DNA of 64,000 bases from Octopus bimaculoides (GCF_001194135.2 NC_068981.1:58175215-58239214); one strand, 5' to 3'; shown: positions 1 through 13,290, counted from the stretch's first letter. Made by a program: numbers and translations. The notes: generated from the sequence alone by a model not told the origin.

Positions 1-1172
1 TATAAAAACAGGTTGTAATTTTACCTTGTCCTTATTCTTAGTGCAAGTTTTGAAGAGTGCAGTTCGATTTTAACAGATTTTCAAAGATATAATAGAAGTG
101 ACAAAGGAGCATATTCAGCACATTGTGCTATACAAAGTTCAATAAAGGCAACAATGCAATGGAAAATGCCAGGAATATTAATAAGTGTAAGCCAGTGTCA
201 ACAGTAGTCAGAAATTCCAAGCTGAGAACTACAGCCTAGATGAGCCTCATCCCGGAAGATCTGTAGTGCTCGATAAGGACGTCCTGCAAATCCTGGTGGA
301 GCAAAATCCCATTGTGACTGTTGAGGAACTAGCAGAGCAGCTTGGATTTTGTCATTCAACCATTCATCAATACTTGCGTGTCATCAGAAAAGTCAGTAAA
401 TTGGGTCAATGGGTTCCTTACAAACTTTCCAAGTCTAATCACACGCAGAGAGTGAATGTGTGATCTTCTTTGTGGTCACACCTCATGAATGAACCTTTTT
501 TGGACCAAATAGTGACTGGTGACAAGAAATGGGTTCTCTGTAAAAATGTCAAGCACTGAAGACAGTGGGTAGAGAAAGGAGAAACACTGGCACCCCAGGC
601 TAAAAAAGGCCTTCACCCACGTAAAGTGTTGTTATCTGTTTGGTGGGATATGAAAGGTTTAGTCCACTTTGAACTTTTAAACCTAAACCAAATGATAACA
701 AAGGAGATCTAGTGTGAGCAGCTTGAGTGGCTTAAGTCAGCATTAGAAGAAAAACAACCATCTTTGGTTTCAAGATGAAAGGTGTTCTTCCATTAGGATA
801 ATGCTCAGCCACATACAGCGAGGATGACATTCCAAAGGCTGGAGGAGTTTGAATGGGAAACAATGCCCCACCTACCATATTCGCTGGACATTGCCCCATC
901 TGATTGTCAATTTATTCCGCAGTCTTCAAAATCATTTGGACGGAAAAAATATGAATTCTGTAGACAAGGTTAGAACAGTACTGGAGGAGTATTTTTCATC
1001 ACAGACAAGTGAATTTTGGAAGAGAGGCCTTGCAAGTTTACCAGATAGATGGAAGAGCATTGTAGAAAATGAAGGAGAGTATATTTTAGATTAAAAAAGA
1101 ACTTTGTTTATCTTAATTTTGAAAAATAACAGAAGTATAAAAAAACTGCATTATTTATGGGATGACCCAATA
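1..1172 (+). mobile_element. Mariner (DD34D) DNA transposon, decayed; 5' TIR lies upstream of the window
   Basis: Transposase remnant plus a 3' TIR-like end TGCATTATTTATGGGATGACCCAATA (1147-1172) followed by TA. Confidence 0.9.
92..1094 (+). pseudogene. Mariner transposase pseudogene (stops and frameshifts)
   Basis: N-terminus (ATA)EVTKEHIQHIVLYKFNKGNNA from 92; WVPYKL linker; IVTGDKKW (D1); FH*DNAQPH (D2); PYSLDIAPSD (D3); C-terminus RWKSIVENEGEYILD* ending 1094. Confidence 0.9.
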
Positions 1173-2422
1173 TAAGAGCTTTTTGATAAATTATATTCAA
1201 AACAAGTGTCCCAATAAGTTATTTTATTAAATTCATCCAAAACCTTGGTTTATTTACAAATGTATTTTAAACTGAAAGACAATGTAGTTTTATTAGAAAT
1301 CTGATCACAAACAGATTAAATAAAGTTTCACACTTCACAGATGGGAGGACATGAGACTAAAGTGAAGTAAGATATGCTGTGCTGCAGTATTTTCCAAAAG
1401 CTGTCAGCATGGAAAAAAGAAAAAAAGGATGTGATGAGCCAATAGAAATAGCAGTCAAATGCCCATCAAGCCACACCCTATCATTTTCAAATCAGATACC
1501 CTAGATAAAATAGTTTGGAGTACACCATTGCCAACGTAAAAGTAAAAACACCCACACACAAGGACAATCATGAATTATATTTAAGTTCAAAAGCATCTAA
1601 TCCACATCTGCTTTGCTAGTCTGATTTGGGACTAAACAACAATAATAATAATTGATATGAAAATGATGAGGATAATTACAATTTGTTATTGTCATTCCGC
1701 ATAAACTCTGCTCAAAAGACAATTGTTTACACTTCTCTCTCCACTCCAATATATTTTAGTTTTCACCTGGTTCTGTTTAATTTATGAGTTTATGTTTGGT
1801 TTCATATATTTGCTAATTCCTAGAACATGCTTTCTCCAAACATATCATGAACATTGTTCTACATTGACTTTCCATGCTGGCATGAGTAGAACAGGTTACC
1901 ATAGTTGGAGTCAGCACAAATTGGGGTAGCTGCTCACTCATGCAGTTCATTTTTCACTTGTTTCTATGGTTGGATATCATTCCTAAAACAAACTATTTTA
2001 CAAAGTGTACTGAATGTTTATTGTGACACCAGCACTAGAGAGGTAACCATATCCTCAACCTGACTAAACAGACCTCATGAACCCAAGTCTTTGTTCACTC
2101 TTCATCTTTACAGAGAGAGAGGTATGAGTGATAGAGACATGAAAGATAAAGGCATGAATGATAAGAAGCATGTGTAATGACTTCAGATGAGTGAGAGAAG
2201 AGAATCAAGAATATGATGGCAAACAGTGTTCAATGGATTTATAACATGTAGTGCAGGAGGGGAGAGTGAAGGAAGATGTACTGAGCACAAGTAGTCTAAT
2301 ATGGTCCCCTACACCACATTGGGATAAGCAGGAAAGCTGAATGACAAGGATGATAAGAAAGGGTGTGATAGGGAGATGAATGGGTATCAAAGTGTTGAGG
2401 AAGCAGCAATAGTAGATTTCAT

Positions 2423-2437
2423 CACACACACACATAC

Positions 2438-2472
<35 letters not shown>

Positions 2473-2475
2473 CAC
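2423..2475. repeat. (CA)n microsatellite, interrupted
   Basis: Visible directly. Confidence 0.95.
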
Positions 2476-2700
2476 CCAAATATTTCGTATGTGTGTGTGT
2501 GTACATACACAACAATATAACACAATTATACATATGCAGGTGCTACCATTGGTTTCATATAATAAACTAATGATAGACTGCATATCAATAATTGTGTTAT
2601 ATAAGTCAACAAACATTTAGAGAAATCTGCTTACGTGAACAGTGAAATATTTACTTTATTATAACAGTATATGTGTACACCCATGCACACATACATACAA

Positions 2701-3110
2701 AGGCATGGCTGTGTTGTTAAGAAATTTACCTTGCAACCATATGGTTTGCAGTTCAATCCCACTATGTGGTACCTTGGGCAACAGTCTTCTACTAGATCCC
2801 CAAGCTGACCAAAGCCTCCTGAGTAGATTTGGCAAATGAAAATTAAAAAACAGTCATTGTATTTATACATGTATGTGTGTGAATTCATGTCTCCTTGTTT
2901 TGGTATCAGATGTAAATTGTTCATTTGCAATCTTCTGTGAAAACATGTCCAGCTATTGTACTGTTTGCATTTGAAGAAATATTGCCTTGCTTGGTAACAA
3001 GTGAACGTTAGGGACAAGAACACCCTCCAGTTGTAGAAAATTAGCTCTAATGAGTTTTGTGTCAGCCATGTAAGCATGGAAAAAAATGTATGTTAAAATG
3101 ATGATAGTGA
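2701..3110 (+). mobile_element. tRNA-derived SINE with CORE-like centre and RTE-like 3' tail
   Basis: Head GGCATGGCTGTGTTGTTAAGAA...GTTCAATCCC; core GGTACCTTGGGCAACAGTCTTCTACTA; tail GCATGGAAAA...GTTAAAATGATGAT matches the RTE tails in this window. Confidence 0.75.
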
Positions 3111-3111
3111 T

Positions 3112-3126
3112 ACACACACACACACA

Positions 3127-3198
<72 letters not shown>
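3112..3198. repeat. (CA)n microsatellite
   Basis: Visible directly. Confidence 0.97.
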
Positions 3199-3200
<2 letters not shown>

Positions 3201-3889
3201 ACACATACAACCTACATTTATATTCATCAGTATTCATATGAGTAATCATAATATGAAACCAATTTCAGTACATATTAATGAAAACTTAGTGCAAATCTAA
3301 TAAAAGAATGAAGTTAATAGTTTGGTCAATGTAATCTATTCTAATAATAACTCATCTTCTAAATATTGAATATAATTAACTTCCAACTGTTCAACCTCAT
3401 TAACTACATCAGATTCACTTCCCTCTTAATACCATGATACATGGCAATTCCTCAGACATTGATAAAGAGAAAAATTTAGCAAATCATTTAGGTAATTGAA
3501 ACAACAAAAGGTAGTATAGTTTAAATTACATTCCAAAGTTATTTACATGATGATGATGTTAATCTGAAGTCAGTCCTATTTAAACTGGGCACTTACAATC
3601 AAACCCATTCCAGACATGACCATCTCACCTAATACATCCAGGACTACTTTTTTTAAAGGTGGTGGTATGATCTGAGAGAAATTTGGATGCTATTTCTAGC
3701 AAGTCTAGAAATATCAGGCCATGTAGTATATTGGTTCAAGTTATAAGTATTTTAGTTATTTAGCTACAATGCAAACCTATTACATCTCACTCTGCTTGAC
3801 GAGTGGTATAAAAACACCAGAAACACAGGCAATAATAATTTTTAGTGCTTGTTGACCTGGGGAAGATATCATGATAGGGTACCATGCTC

Positions 3890-4895
3890 AGTAGTCTGGA
3901 GGTTGCCAAGAAAGCTATGTGTAAATGAATGGATTGTGAAAACTCTGCAAGCCATGCACTGAGAGGCCATTAGAAAGGAATTTGCTGTGCAAGTAGTTGA
4001 CCAACAAAGGTTAGTTCTGTGCACTTCCTGTTTATTACAGTTCTCTATTTTCATAACTAAATTTGTAAAAAACAATTGCAGAAAAAATTCCAACATGACA
4101 GCAAAGTCCAGAATAGAGAGGCTCCAAATAAATCTAGCAAAAATGGATGTCTGAATTAGCAGAGGAAAAAAGACAGGGTTCTACCACCACCAAGACGGTT
4201 ACCATGTTAAATATGCAGAAAAGAAGTAGGCAGAAGCTCTATATTGTTTACTCTTTTGTGTATATATGGGGGCACAAAGGATGTAGTGGGATCATATGCA
4301 GGATGACAGAAGAAAGTCTTTGTGTGCAAAAGGTATTTAACAGTAAGAACACTCATAAAATAAATTTCCAAATGTTCAGAAAGTGTCATAGAGATAGCTG
4401 ATAGCTTCTGTTGTCTTGATGTTCTATTTAACAGTGGTGGTGGATGTTTTGATAGCCTTAGTAACAATAAGGTATTCTCACTTCTAGTACAAAGTGTGAT
4501 GTTGCTTGGTAAGGAAACCTGGACACTGAATCAAGAGAATAAGTCAACACGGTTTGCTGGGAGTGTGATGTTTGTGTGTTGGTGTGATAGAATACAAATG
4601 AATTGAGAGAAAAACCACTTATGAGAGGAATCAGATGTAGTATACAAGAGAGAAAACTGCATTCATTTGGACATGAGTATGGAGGATGACAGTTGGGTAA
4701 AGAAGTGATCCAAGTGAGAGGAACTGGTGGAAGAGGAGAACTGAGAAAGACATGAGAAGTGGTTAAGCTGATCTCATGAGGCTGGACCTCACAAAGGTGA
4801 TGAAGACTGCAATAAAAGATGAGGCAGTGTGCTAAAGAAGACCTATCCAACCCGTTAAAAAGTGGGTACAAAAATGATGATGATGATGATTTCAA
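3890..4895 (+). mobile_element. Degraded RTE-clade LINE, RT C-terminal half to 3' tail
   Basis: Remnants EWIVKTLQAM, SVMLLGKETW and GTGGRGELRKT; ends in (GAT)n at about 4875-4890; homologous to the 6361-9007 copy. Confidence 0.7.
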
Positions 4896-5035
4896 AAGAA
4901 ACGTAGTAAAAATAACATATACAATCAAATAGCTGATCAATCAAATACAACTTGTTTCTTTATATGGAGAAATTATAGTAAAAAAAGAAAAAAATTGGCT
5001 TTCAGCAGCAGCATTTTTTTTTTTTCACTTGCTAG

Positions 5036-5470
5036 GTCTGGAGGAAGGGGCAGTGCTAATGGCCTTTACAGGCTCTCCTAGGCTGATGAGATAGTTGCTG
5101 TTAATGTGCCTCTTGAAATGTTGCAAGTCAAAACCTGTAGGAAAGGCATAGCAGGGAGGTAATTCCAGAGGATTGATATTTTAGGAAGGAAGAACTGGGG
5201 GTACTGGATACAAAAAGGGTGATGAAGAGAGGGGAGGTGAATGGATTTGGAATGCCTAAGTGGAACTGGCTACACTCATACCAACCCCAAGGAGTAGAAA
5301 GCATTATAGTTGCATGAAAATAAAAAGAGAAGAGACAGCACTTATGAGTGATATTATTCTAATCAGCTGGGCAACCCTTTTCTAGATATAGTCTAAAATG
5401 TCTGTGTGTACAGTAGTAGTATCACAGGTGTAAGAGTAACATTCAATGATGGACCATACCTGAATTTTTT
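5036..5470 (-). mobile_element. CR1/L2-group LINE 3' fragment with poly(A) tail
   Basis: Minus-strand remnants FFLPKISILWNYLP and DLQHFKRHINS (the FFPRTxxxWNxLP-type terminal motif); T-run at 5036-5046 is the tail. Confidence 0.6.
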
Positions 5471-6360
5471 AGTACATCAATAATTGTTGGGAACTGAAGT
5501 ATCTTCTGGCCCTGAATTGATGGACCAGTCATTTGGAGGTCGTCCTATGTATATGAAGGATTGGCATGGGTTGAATGGCTTTTCTGAGATAGTGTTTCAT
5601 GGTCAGATGCCTTTCCTATTTCTAACATTTTTAATCACTTCTAACAAAATGCAAGAATGCAATCTACCTACTCTAACCAACAGGATATATATAGAAATGC
5701 ATTAAAAATATAACTAATTTTTTTAGATAGAAATTTAAGAAATTAAGGAGTATACACATGGCCAATATTGTGTAGGGTTTAGGCTTTCCCCCAGTAAGTT
5801 TATTATCCACTTCACTAACATTTATCAAAAGCCATGATAAAAGTTTCAACATTTTCAAATTTGCATCATCAGCTGCCCAATTTAACACCACCTCTTTGTC
5901 TTTGGGTGCCTTTACTAAGTATACTCTATAGTAAGTATTTATACTGGGTCTTTGGTCTGAAGAGGAATTGATCTTGAATTGTAGCAACCCATGAGAAATG
6001 ATTTCTTCTCTTTCCTCTCAGTAAATCTAAAGACATGATGCATTGCTTCCGCCAACACCTTTCTCGTATAGTGCCACCACTTGTTAAAGGGTACAGGAGG
6101 AAGTGATCCTTTAGTAAAGGCTTGGTATATGATAGAACAGCCCATCTGTGAGTAGAGTTTTGGAAGGTGACAATTTCCTGGCAGGCCCACATATTGCCAC
6201 TATCATCATCATCATTTAACATCTGTATGTATGTATGTATGAATACACATACATATATAAAGAGAGGGAGAGAGAGAAAGAGAGAGTAAAAGGCGGAAAG
6301 AGTTGCGTGATTGTACAAATATTAGCAATCTATTGCCTTTTGTCAATATAAAATTCACAT

Positions 6361-9007
6361 GTATCATCATCGTCGTTTAACGTCTGTTTTCCATGCTGGC
6401 ATGGGTTGGATGGTTCAACTGGGGACTGGCAAGCCAGGAGGCTGCAACAGGCCCCAATATGATCTGGCAGTGTTTCTACAGCTGGATGCCCTTCCTAATG
6501 CCAACCACTCTGAGACTGTAGTGGGTGCTTTTTACGTGCCACCAGTACAGGGGCCAGAGAAGCTGGCATTGACCACGATCAGATGGTGTTTTTTACGTTA
6601 CATCGTCATGGAAGCCAGCCAAGGTGGCACTGGCATCAGCCACGTTTGGCTGGTGCTTTTTATGTGCCACCGGCACGGGGCTCACAACTACAATTTCCAT
6701 TTGATTTGATTTTGATATTGCTGATGTTGATGTATTTGACTCAATAGGTCTCCTCAAGCACGGCATGTCACCCTACGATCCAAGGTATTTTGAGTGGGCT
6801 GGTTATGCGACACTGGTGTAGGTTACAGCTGTGAACTCACTTTATTTGCCGGGTCTTTGCAGTCACAACATACCTCCAGAGGTTTTAGTCTTTTGTTATT
6901 GCCTCTGTGAGGCCCAATATTCAAAGGTCATGCTTCACCACCTCATCCCATGTCTTCCTGGGTCTCCCTCTACCCTGGATTCCTTCCACTGTTTGGGGGT
7001 GACACTTCTTCACACAGCTCTCCTCATCCATCCACAGTATATGACCATACAAATGCAAACGTCTCTCTTGCATGCCACATCCAATGCTTCTTATGTCTAA
7101 CATTTCTCTCAGGGCACTTACAATTTGTCATGTGTGCACACTGACATTACACATCCAACAGATCATGCCAGCTTCATTTCTTTTGAGCCTACGCATGTCT
7201 TCAGCAGTCATAGCCCATGTTTCACTGCTGTGAAGCATGGCAATTCACACACATACATTATACAATCTACCTTTCACTCTGAGGGAGAAGCCCTTTGTCA
7301 CCAGTAAGGTTAGAAGCTTTCTGAATTTTGCCCAGGCTATTCTTATTCTAGTGGTAACACTCTCCGAGCATCCCCCCACCACCACCACTACAGACTTGGT
7401 CANNNNNNNNNNTCTAGTGGTAACACTCTCCGAGCATCCCCCCACCACCACCACTACAGACTTGGTCATCTAGGTAGCGGAAGCTATCAACTACTTCTAG
7501 TTTCTCCCCCTTGCATGTGATGGAATCTGTTTTCTGAGCATCAGTGGTGTTTATTGCCCCTGTGCATCTGCTGCACATGAAAGCTATCTTCCCGGTAAGT
7601 CTTTCTTTGATGTTGCTGCACTTCTTATGTGCCCATAGCTTACACTTGGTACATCTTATGGAGTTTCTACCTACACCTTTTCTACACATCGAGCAGGGTC
7701 ACCTACCTGAAGGGGTTTGTGATGTGTTCACCTTTCTACTTACTAGAACTTTGGTCTTTGCAACATTAACTCTAAGACACTTCGATTCTAAACCTTGCTT
7801 CTACACCTGAAATTTCTTCTCTAGTTCAGGTAGTGATTCTGCTATGAAGGCCAGGTCATCAGCACAGAGGAGCTCCCAGGGGCAACTTGTCTTGAATTCC
7901 TCTGTTATTGCCTGGAGGACTATGATGAATAAGAGGGGGCTGAGGGCTGATCCTTGGTGGACCCCTAATTCTACCCGGAATTCTTCACTATACTAATTGC
8001 CAATCCTAACTCTACTAATGGCATCTCTGTATAGGGCCTGTACAGCCCTTATTAACCATTTGTCAATCCCCAGTTTCCACATCGCCCACCAGATGAGGGA
8101 CCGGGGGTCCCTGTCAAAGGCTTTCTCCAAGTCCACAAAAGCCAAGTAAAGGGGTTTATCTTTGGCTAGGTATTACTCCTGCAGTTGCCATACCAGGAAT
8201 ATAGCATCAGTGGTGCTTCTACCTGGCACAAAACCGAACTGCATCTCATCTAAGCAGACTCTCTACCTAATTAGTTGGGCTATGACCCTTTCCTTGACCT
8301 TCATCCCCTGATCCAGCAGTTTGATACCACTGTAGTTATTTCTATCTAAAGCATCACCTTTACCCTTGTAGCAGTTGACTATGGTGCTGCTACGCCAGTC
8401 TTTGGGTATGACTCCATCATGAACTACCTGGTTTACAATACGAGTGACTGGGCCATAGCTCATACCACCAGATGTTTTAAGCATATCAACAGTGATTCCT
8501 GATGGGCCGGGGGCTTTTCCTGGCTTCATACTCTTAATTGCTTTATCTACAAGGGTGCTGTCTATTCAGATAGCTGGTCCTTCAACTGGATCAACGTTTG
8601 GCAGGCTTTCCTCCTCCCATTCATTCTCCACTTTCAGTAGTCTTTCATAATGGCTTCTCCAAGCCTTTTACTTTTCTGAATCATTAAAAGCAAGTGCACC
8701 ATCATCCATGCGGACACATTTCTCTCCTGTGACATCAAAATTTTTTCTCAGACACTGTCTTGCAATCCGAAATACTTCAGTTCTTTGGTCCTCACGTCAC
8801 TGGACATTGGCAAACTTCTTTTCTGTTTCACCCTTGCCTATGTATACCTGTCACCCAGCCTCCCTTTTGGCTATCTGGTACAGTTCCCTGCTACCCCCAC
8901 CCTTCCAGGCTTTCCAGGCTTGTTTCTTTGCTCTGATGGTTTTGTCTACTATATTAATCCACCACCACGTTACTCTAGGTCTGGAAGGGACTTTGCACCA
9001 TCCGCAG
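6361..9007 (-). mobile_element. RTE-clade LINE (RT, Cys-rich insert, 3' UTR with hairpin repeats, GAT tail); 5' part runs into an assembly gap
   Basis: ORF pieces MKPGKAPGPSG...IPKDWRSSTIVNCYKGKGDALDRNNY; FVDLEKAFD; WELLCADDL (about 7850-7880); CRKGVGRNSIRCTKCKLWAHKKC; GRGRPRKTWDEVVKHDL; tail ...AAACGACGATGATG at 6361. Confidence 0.92.
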
Positions 9008-9635
9008 NNNNNNNNNNNNNNNNNNNNNNNNNNNNNNNNNNNNNNNNNNNNNNNNNNNNNNNNNNNNNNNNNNNNNNNNNNNNNNNNNNNNNNNNNNNNN
9101 NNNNNNNTTTTTTGTTTGTTTCATAATATTTGATTTTGTTGCTGGTTGTAGTTTCTAAATTATATGTAAAAATTGATGAATACAGGAATTAATGGTAGCT
9201 ACTCAGCATCAGTTGAAGCCAGCTGAATGAATGCTATCAGTGGCATCAGAAAGAAGCCCAACTATTCTCTAGAAATATTGGCATTTATTATGAAGGAATT
9301 AACTGGTAATATTTTCAATGTAAAATTATATTAGACATTTAGAGGCACCAATTTGTGAGAGAAAAGCCTAAGAGATCTTCAGTGAGTCTGTTGCTCTTTT
9401 TTGTGCAATAGCATTGATAGCAATATTGTGTAACAACTATTGTAGCTTGAAGGCTAAATTATTATTTGGTATTTTGAAATGAAAACAGTAATCCAATATA
9501 ATTCTTTATTTCTCAACTTTTAAGCACTGATTAAATGAGGCAAACTAAATTCTGAATGTAACAAATACACACACAGATATGTATAGTAGAAGTATTAAGG
9601 CTGCTCCTCCTGGTGAAGAGGATTGTCTTGCATGA

Positions 9636-9848
9636 GTCCTGTGTCAGTGCAACATAAAAAGCGGTTATGCTGGTGCCACATATTAAAGCACCCAGCACAC
9701 ATTGTAAAGCGGTTGGCATTAGGAAGGGCATCCAGCTCTAGAAAGTGAAATCAGACTGGAACCTGGTACAACTCTTTGGCTGGCCAGTGCTGGTTAAACC
9801 ATCCAACCTATGGTAGCATTGAAAACAGACATTAAAGAATGATGATAA
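9636..9848 (+). mobile_element. 5'-truncated RTE 3' tail (or RTE-tailed SINE)
   Basis: GGTTGGCATTAGGAAGGGCATCCAGC...GCATTGAAAACAGACATTAAAGAATGATGAT, the same tail as other RTE copies. Confidence 0.8.
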
Positions 9849-9854
9849 TTATAT

Positions 9855-10525
9855 ATCATCATCATCATCATTGTCGTTTAATGTCTGCTTTCCATGCTGG
9901 CATGGATTGGATGGTTTGACTGAGGGCTAGCAAACCAGAAGGCTGCACCAGGCTGTAATCTGATCTGGCAAAGTTTCTACAGCTGGATGCCTTTCGTAAT
10001 GCCAACCACCTCAAGAGTGTAGTAGGTGCTTTTTATGTGCCAACGGCATGAAGGCCAGTCAGGCAGTACTGGCATCAGCTATGCTCAAATGGTGCTTTTT
10101 ACATGCTACCAGGACAGGAACCAAGTGGCACTGGTAACGACCACGCTTGAATGGTGTTATTTACGTGCCACCGGCACAGGTGCCAGTCAGGCGATGCTGG
10201 CAACAATCATGCTTGAATGGTGCTTTTTATGTACCACTGGCACAGGAGCCAGTCAGACAGCACTAGCAACGATCACACTTAAATGGTGCCTTTAATGTGC
10301 CACTGGCATGGGTGCCAATCAGGCGGTACTGTCATTGGCCATGACAATTTCACTTGCCTCAACAGGTCTTTGCAAGCTGGTTATGCTGCACTGGAATAGG
10401 CCTCGGTTATGGTCTCACTTGGCTTGCCGGGTATTCTCAAGCACAGCACATCTCCAAAGGTCTCGGTCACTTGTCATTGCCTTGGTGAGGCCCAATGTTC
10501 AATGGTTGCGCTTCACTACCTCTTT
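9855..10525 (-). mobile_element. 5'-truncated RTE LINE (ORF end plus 3' UTR repeat array plus tail)
   Basis: (CAT)n at 9855, then the reverse-complement RTE tail, about six GTGCCACCGGCAC-type units, and the ORF end homologous to 6850-6950. Confidence 0.88.
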
Positions 10526-11574
10526 TTCTGGCCGAATATGCAACAGTCTATTACTGCTTGGTCACGTGCCTCTCTACCATGTCAGCGTGCCTCTCTACCA
10601 AAGTGCATCGTCACGTGAGAGCACCTTTTGGACAATTCCAGCCACCGGACACCAGGTTCCATCACATGCACATCGACCTGGTTAGTCCTTGGCCGGTCAG
10701 TTGCAGATTTACTTATATATTACCTGCATCAACCGTTTCTCCAGATGGCCTGAAGCCATCCCTCTCGTGGACATTTCCACAGAAACTGTCACCAGAGCAC
10801 TTATCTCTGGGTGGATATCTCACTTCAAAGTACCCTCTAGAATTACTACTGATCATAGATGACAATTTGAAGCTTGTCTGTTCCGTGAGCTTTCGAGATT
10901 GCTCAGAGTTCAAGACATCCATACCACCAGTTACCATCCTGCCATGAATAGAATGGTGGAAAGATTCCACTGACAGCTCAAAGCTGCTATTTGCACAGCT
11001 CCTGACCCTCATCGCTGGTCCAAGTTTCTCCCCATTGTTCTGCTAGGGTACCGCTCAGCTGTTAAGGAGGACTTAGGCTATTCCTCCACTGAGCTCCTGT
11101 ATGGCACCACCTTAGCACTTCCTGGACAAATGTTGGTACCTGTTGGCTTACCGAATGCAGAGCCCCCCACATCTTATATCATGCGACTCAGGTCATTCTT
11201 TGCTGATCTGCCACTGATGCTTCCTCGTGACCAGTCTATTTCTACCTGGACTCATATTTGTAAGAAATGATGCTGTCAAGGGACCACTCACACCTCCCTA
11301 CACTGGACCCTATCGCGTTCTCAAAAGCACACCGAAACTGTTCACTGTGGACATTCATGGAAAAAAAGAGACTGTCTCTATCAACAGAGTAAAAAAAGCG
11401 TTTTCCGAAACATTTATGCCACTTGCTGACATGCCCATCATTCCACAAACACTGCCACCCCCACCCTCACAAGCATCACATCCCCTCACGAAAACACCAA
11501 CTACACAAACACACTCTTCACCTTACAGGACACGTTCTGGCAGATCAGTTCATTGGCTGAAGAAATTGAATTAA
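10525..11574 (+). mobile_element. Gypsy LTR-retrotransposon integrase fragment (pseudogene)
   Basis: FWPNMQQSITAWSRA(C)LPCQRAKVHRH zinc-finger part; HMHIDLV (D); ITTDHR*QF (D); YHPAMNRMVERFH (E); GPY/F-type LTPPYTGPYRVL; RTRSGR C-terminus. No LTR seen. Confidence 0.9.
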
Positions 11575-12149
11575 AATACCTTACAGTATTTAGTTTCAAT
11601 TCCTATTCTCTGAATTCAAAGTTCAATATCTTTCCTTTTAACATTGATATTAAACACAACTATCGCAAGTGTTACATTCCAAAACCCCTCGCAATAGGTG
11701 AAAATCCGCGAAGTAGAAACAGTACTGTACTGTGTATTTTTTTTTTATTATTTTTATAATTTGTATATATCTATTTTATTATAAATGCAAAACAACACTA
11801 CGGAGGAACTGACGTAAGTTTAAATAATAAACCACGAAAAGTGAACTGCGATATGACAAGGGATTACTGCAATACACTAAATTGATTTTAATACATTAAT
11901 TAGTTTCTACAGAACACTACCTAATAATATGAATGAGGTTGAGTCTACCAACTACAAACACTCCCTACAAAAATTTAACATTGTATCTATGTTAGAAACC
12001 AATATGTTAAGTTTGATTTGGTTAACATCCTTCTTCATAAAAATGCCTTTGTGTCTATTATTGTTTTATTATTTAAACTAGGTTATAACTTTTTATGGTC
12101 TGAGTTTGAACACCCTTAATGTTGAATTTACCATCTATCCTTCTGAAGT

Positions 12150-12560
12150 CATTTGAATAGCTTCTAGACTCATTCTTTTTGAAGCTCTGAACCCAAGTTA
12201 GAAATCAATATTATTCATGTAGTCTATGATATATATTAATGCATCTTTGAGCTCCTGTTTAATAAAATTTCTCCAAACCTATTTATTCATTCTAGATCCA
12301 TTTGGTACATGGAATATACTTTACATGTGCTGAATATATTATTTCTAGATGATGTCAGTTGTTTGTTTCTGTGTTCTTGTATTGGTTGGTTAACTTGTAG
12401 GAATATCTACTTTGAAGTTGATTTTGTTTGATCCTTTGCTATTTCCTTGCATAATACTATTTTTATGAATGACAGTTCTCTTAAGTATTTTATAGCAAAT
12501 ATCTTTGTCAAAAATCACTTTTACTATGCATGTAAAAGCACTCTCAAGAGCCTATTGCAT
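12150..12560 (-). mobile_element. Possible heavily decayed Penelope GIY-YIG endonuclease end
   Basis: Weak minus-strand remnants (YxIxCK..., IQEHR, NNID-NLG) in the expected order; many stops. Confidence 0.3.
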
Positions 12561-13089
12561 ATACTTAACTGATAGATTTACTATTCTTTATCCCTAAATT
12601 AATATCTATGAGTGAAGTTAAAAACTTTAACTGAATTCTTATGAGCTACTTTAGAAGTGAAATACCAAAAATAAAAAATAGAATATATGTTACACATATG
12701 CCTATGCCATGCAGAGAATCTCTCTCTCTGATTTGTCTTCATAGAGTGTTTTAAAAATGATTTTTAAAAGCAGTCCTCGAAGATCTTGACATTTAAAAAA
12801 CGCTACCAAAAATTGGTTACTTCAGGGTTGTCATCATTAACTTGATCTAATTTTTAATAAAATTCAAGAAATTAACTAACATTCAAAAACATAATTTCTT
12901 GCTCACATTTACATTCAAACAGTCAAAAACCACATCTTAGTTTTTGCATTTCAGGCCCCCATATTCAATAAAGTGACAATAATTTCTTTTCTATTTGCAA
13001 ATAGAAACAAATAAAAATTAAAGAAAGGTAAAATTGGCAAATGCAGAAATTGAATGAGAAACCAAAATAGGTAAAGGTAAGGTAAAGTT

Positions 13090-13290
13090 ACTTTCTTGTT
13101 TCCATGGTGTATAAATTCTCCATCTGGATAGGACACTGGTTCATTGCAGGATTACTCATTTTTGCCAGCTGAGTGGACTGGAGCAATGTGAAATGATGTA
13201 CTTTGCTCAAAAACACAATGTGTTGCCCGGTCCAGGAAATGAAACCACAATCTTAGGATCAGGTGTCCAACACCCTAATCACTAAGCCTC
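13090..13290 (-). mobile_element. tRNA-derived SINE with CORE/V-like body
   Basis: Minus strand GCTTAGTGATTAGGGTGTTGG...ATTTCCTGG head; GTGTTTTTGAGCAAAGTACATCATTTCACATTGCTCCAGTCCACTCAGCTG body. Confidence 0.65.

Noticed and set aside
2205-3249. ORFs rich in CV/HT dipeptides
   Set aside because: Translations of (CA)n microsatellites.
5673-5987. Minus-strand 104-aa ORF / 106-nt exon candidate (VYLVKAPKDKEVVLNWAADD...)
   Set aside because: No recognisable homology, weak splice sites, and adjacent to repeat-like sequence; cannot be supported.
7347-7468. 56-bp exact duplication inside the RTE ORF (TCTAGTGGTAACAC...GACTTGGTCA)
   Set aside because: The two copies flank a 10-N gap (7403-7412); this is a typical overlapping-contig assembly artefact.
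8708-9133. Plus-strand ORFs of 141 and 113 aa
   Set aside because: Antisense to the RTE ORF and extended through the 100-N gap (9008-9107).
11640-11760. CpG-containing stretch resembling a Tigger/pogo end (CCCTCGC...AAAATCCGCGAAGTAG)
   Set aside because: Too short and no paired TIR; not enough to call.
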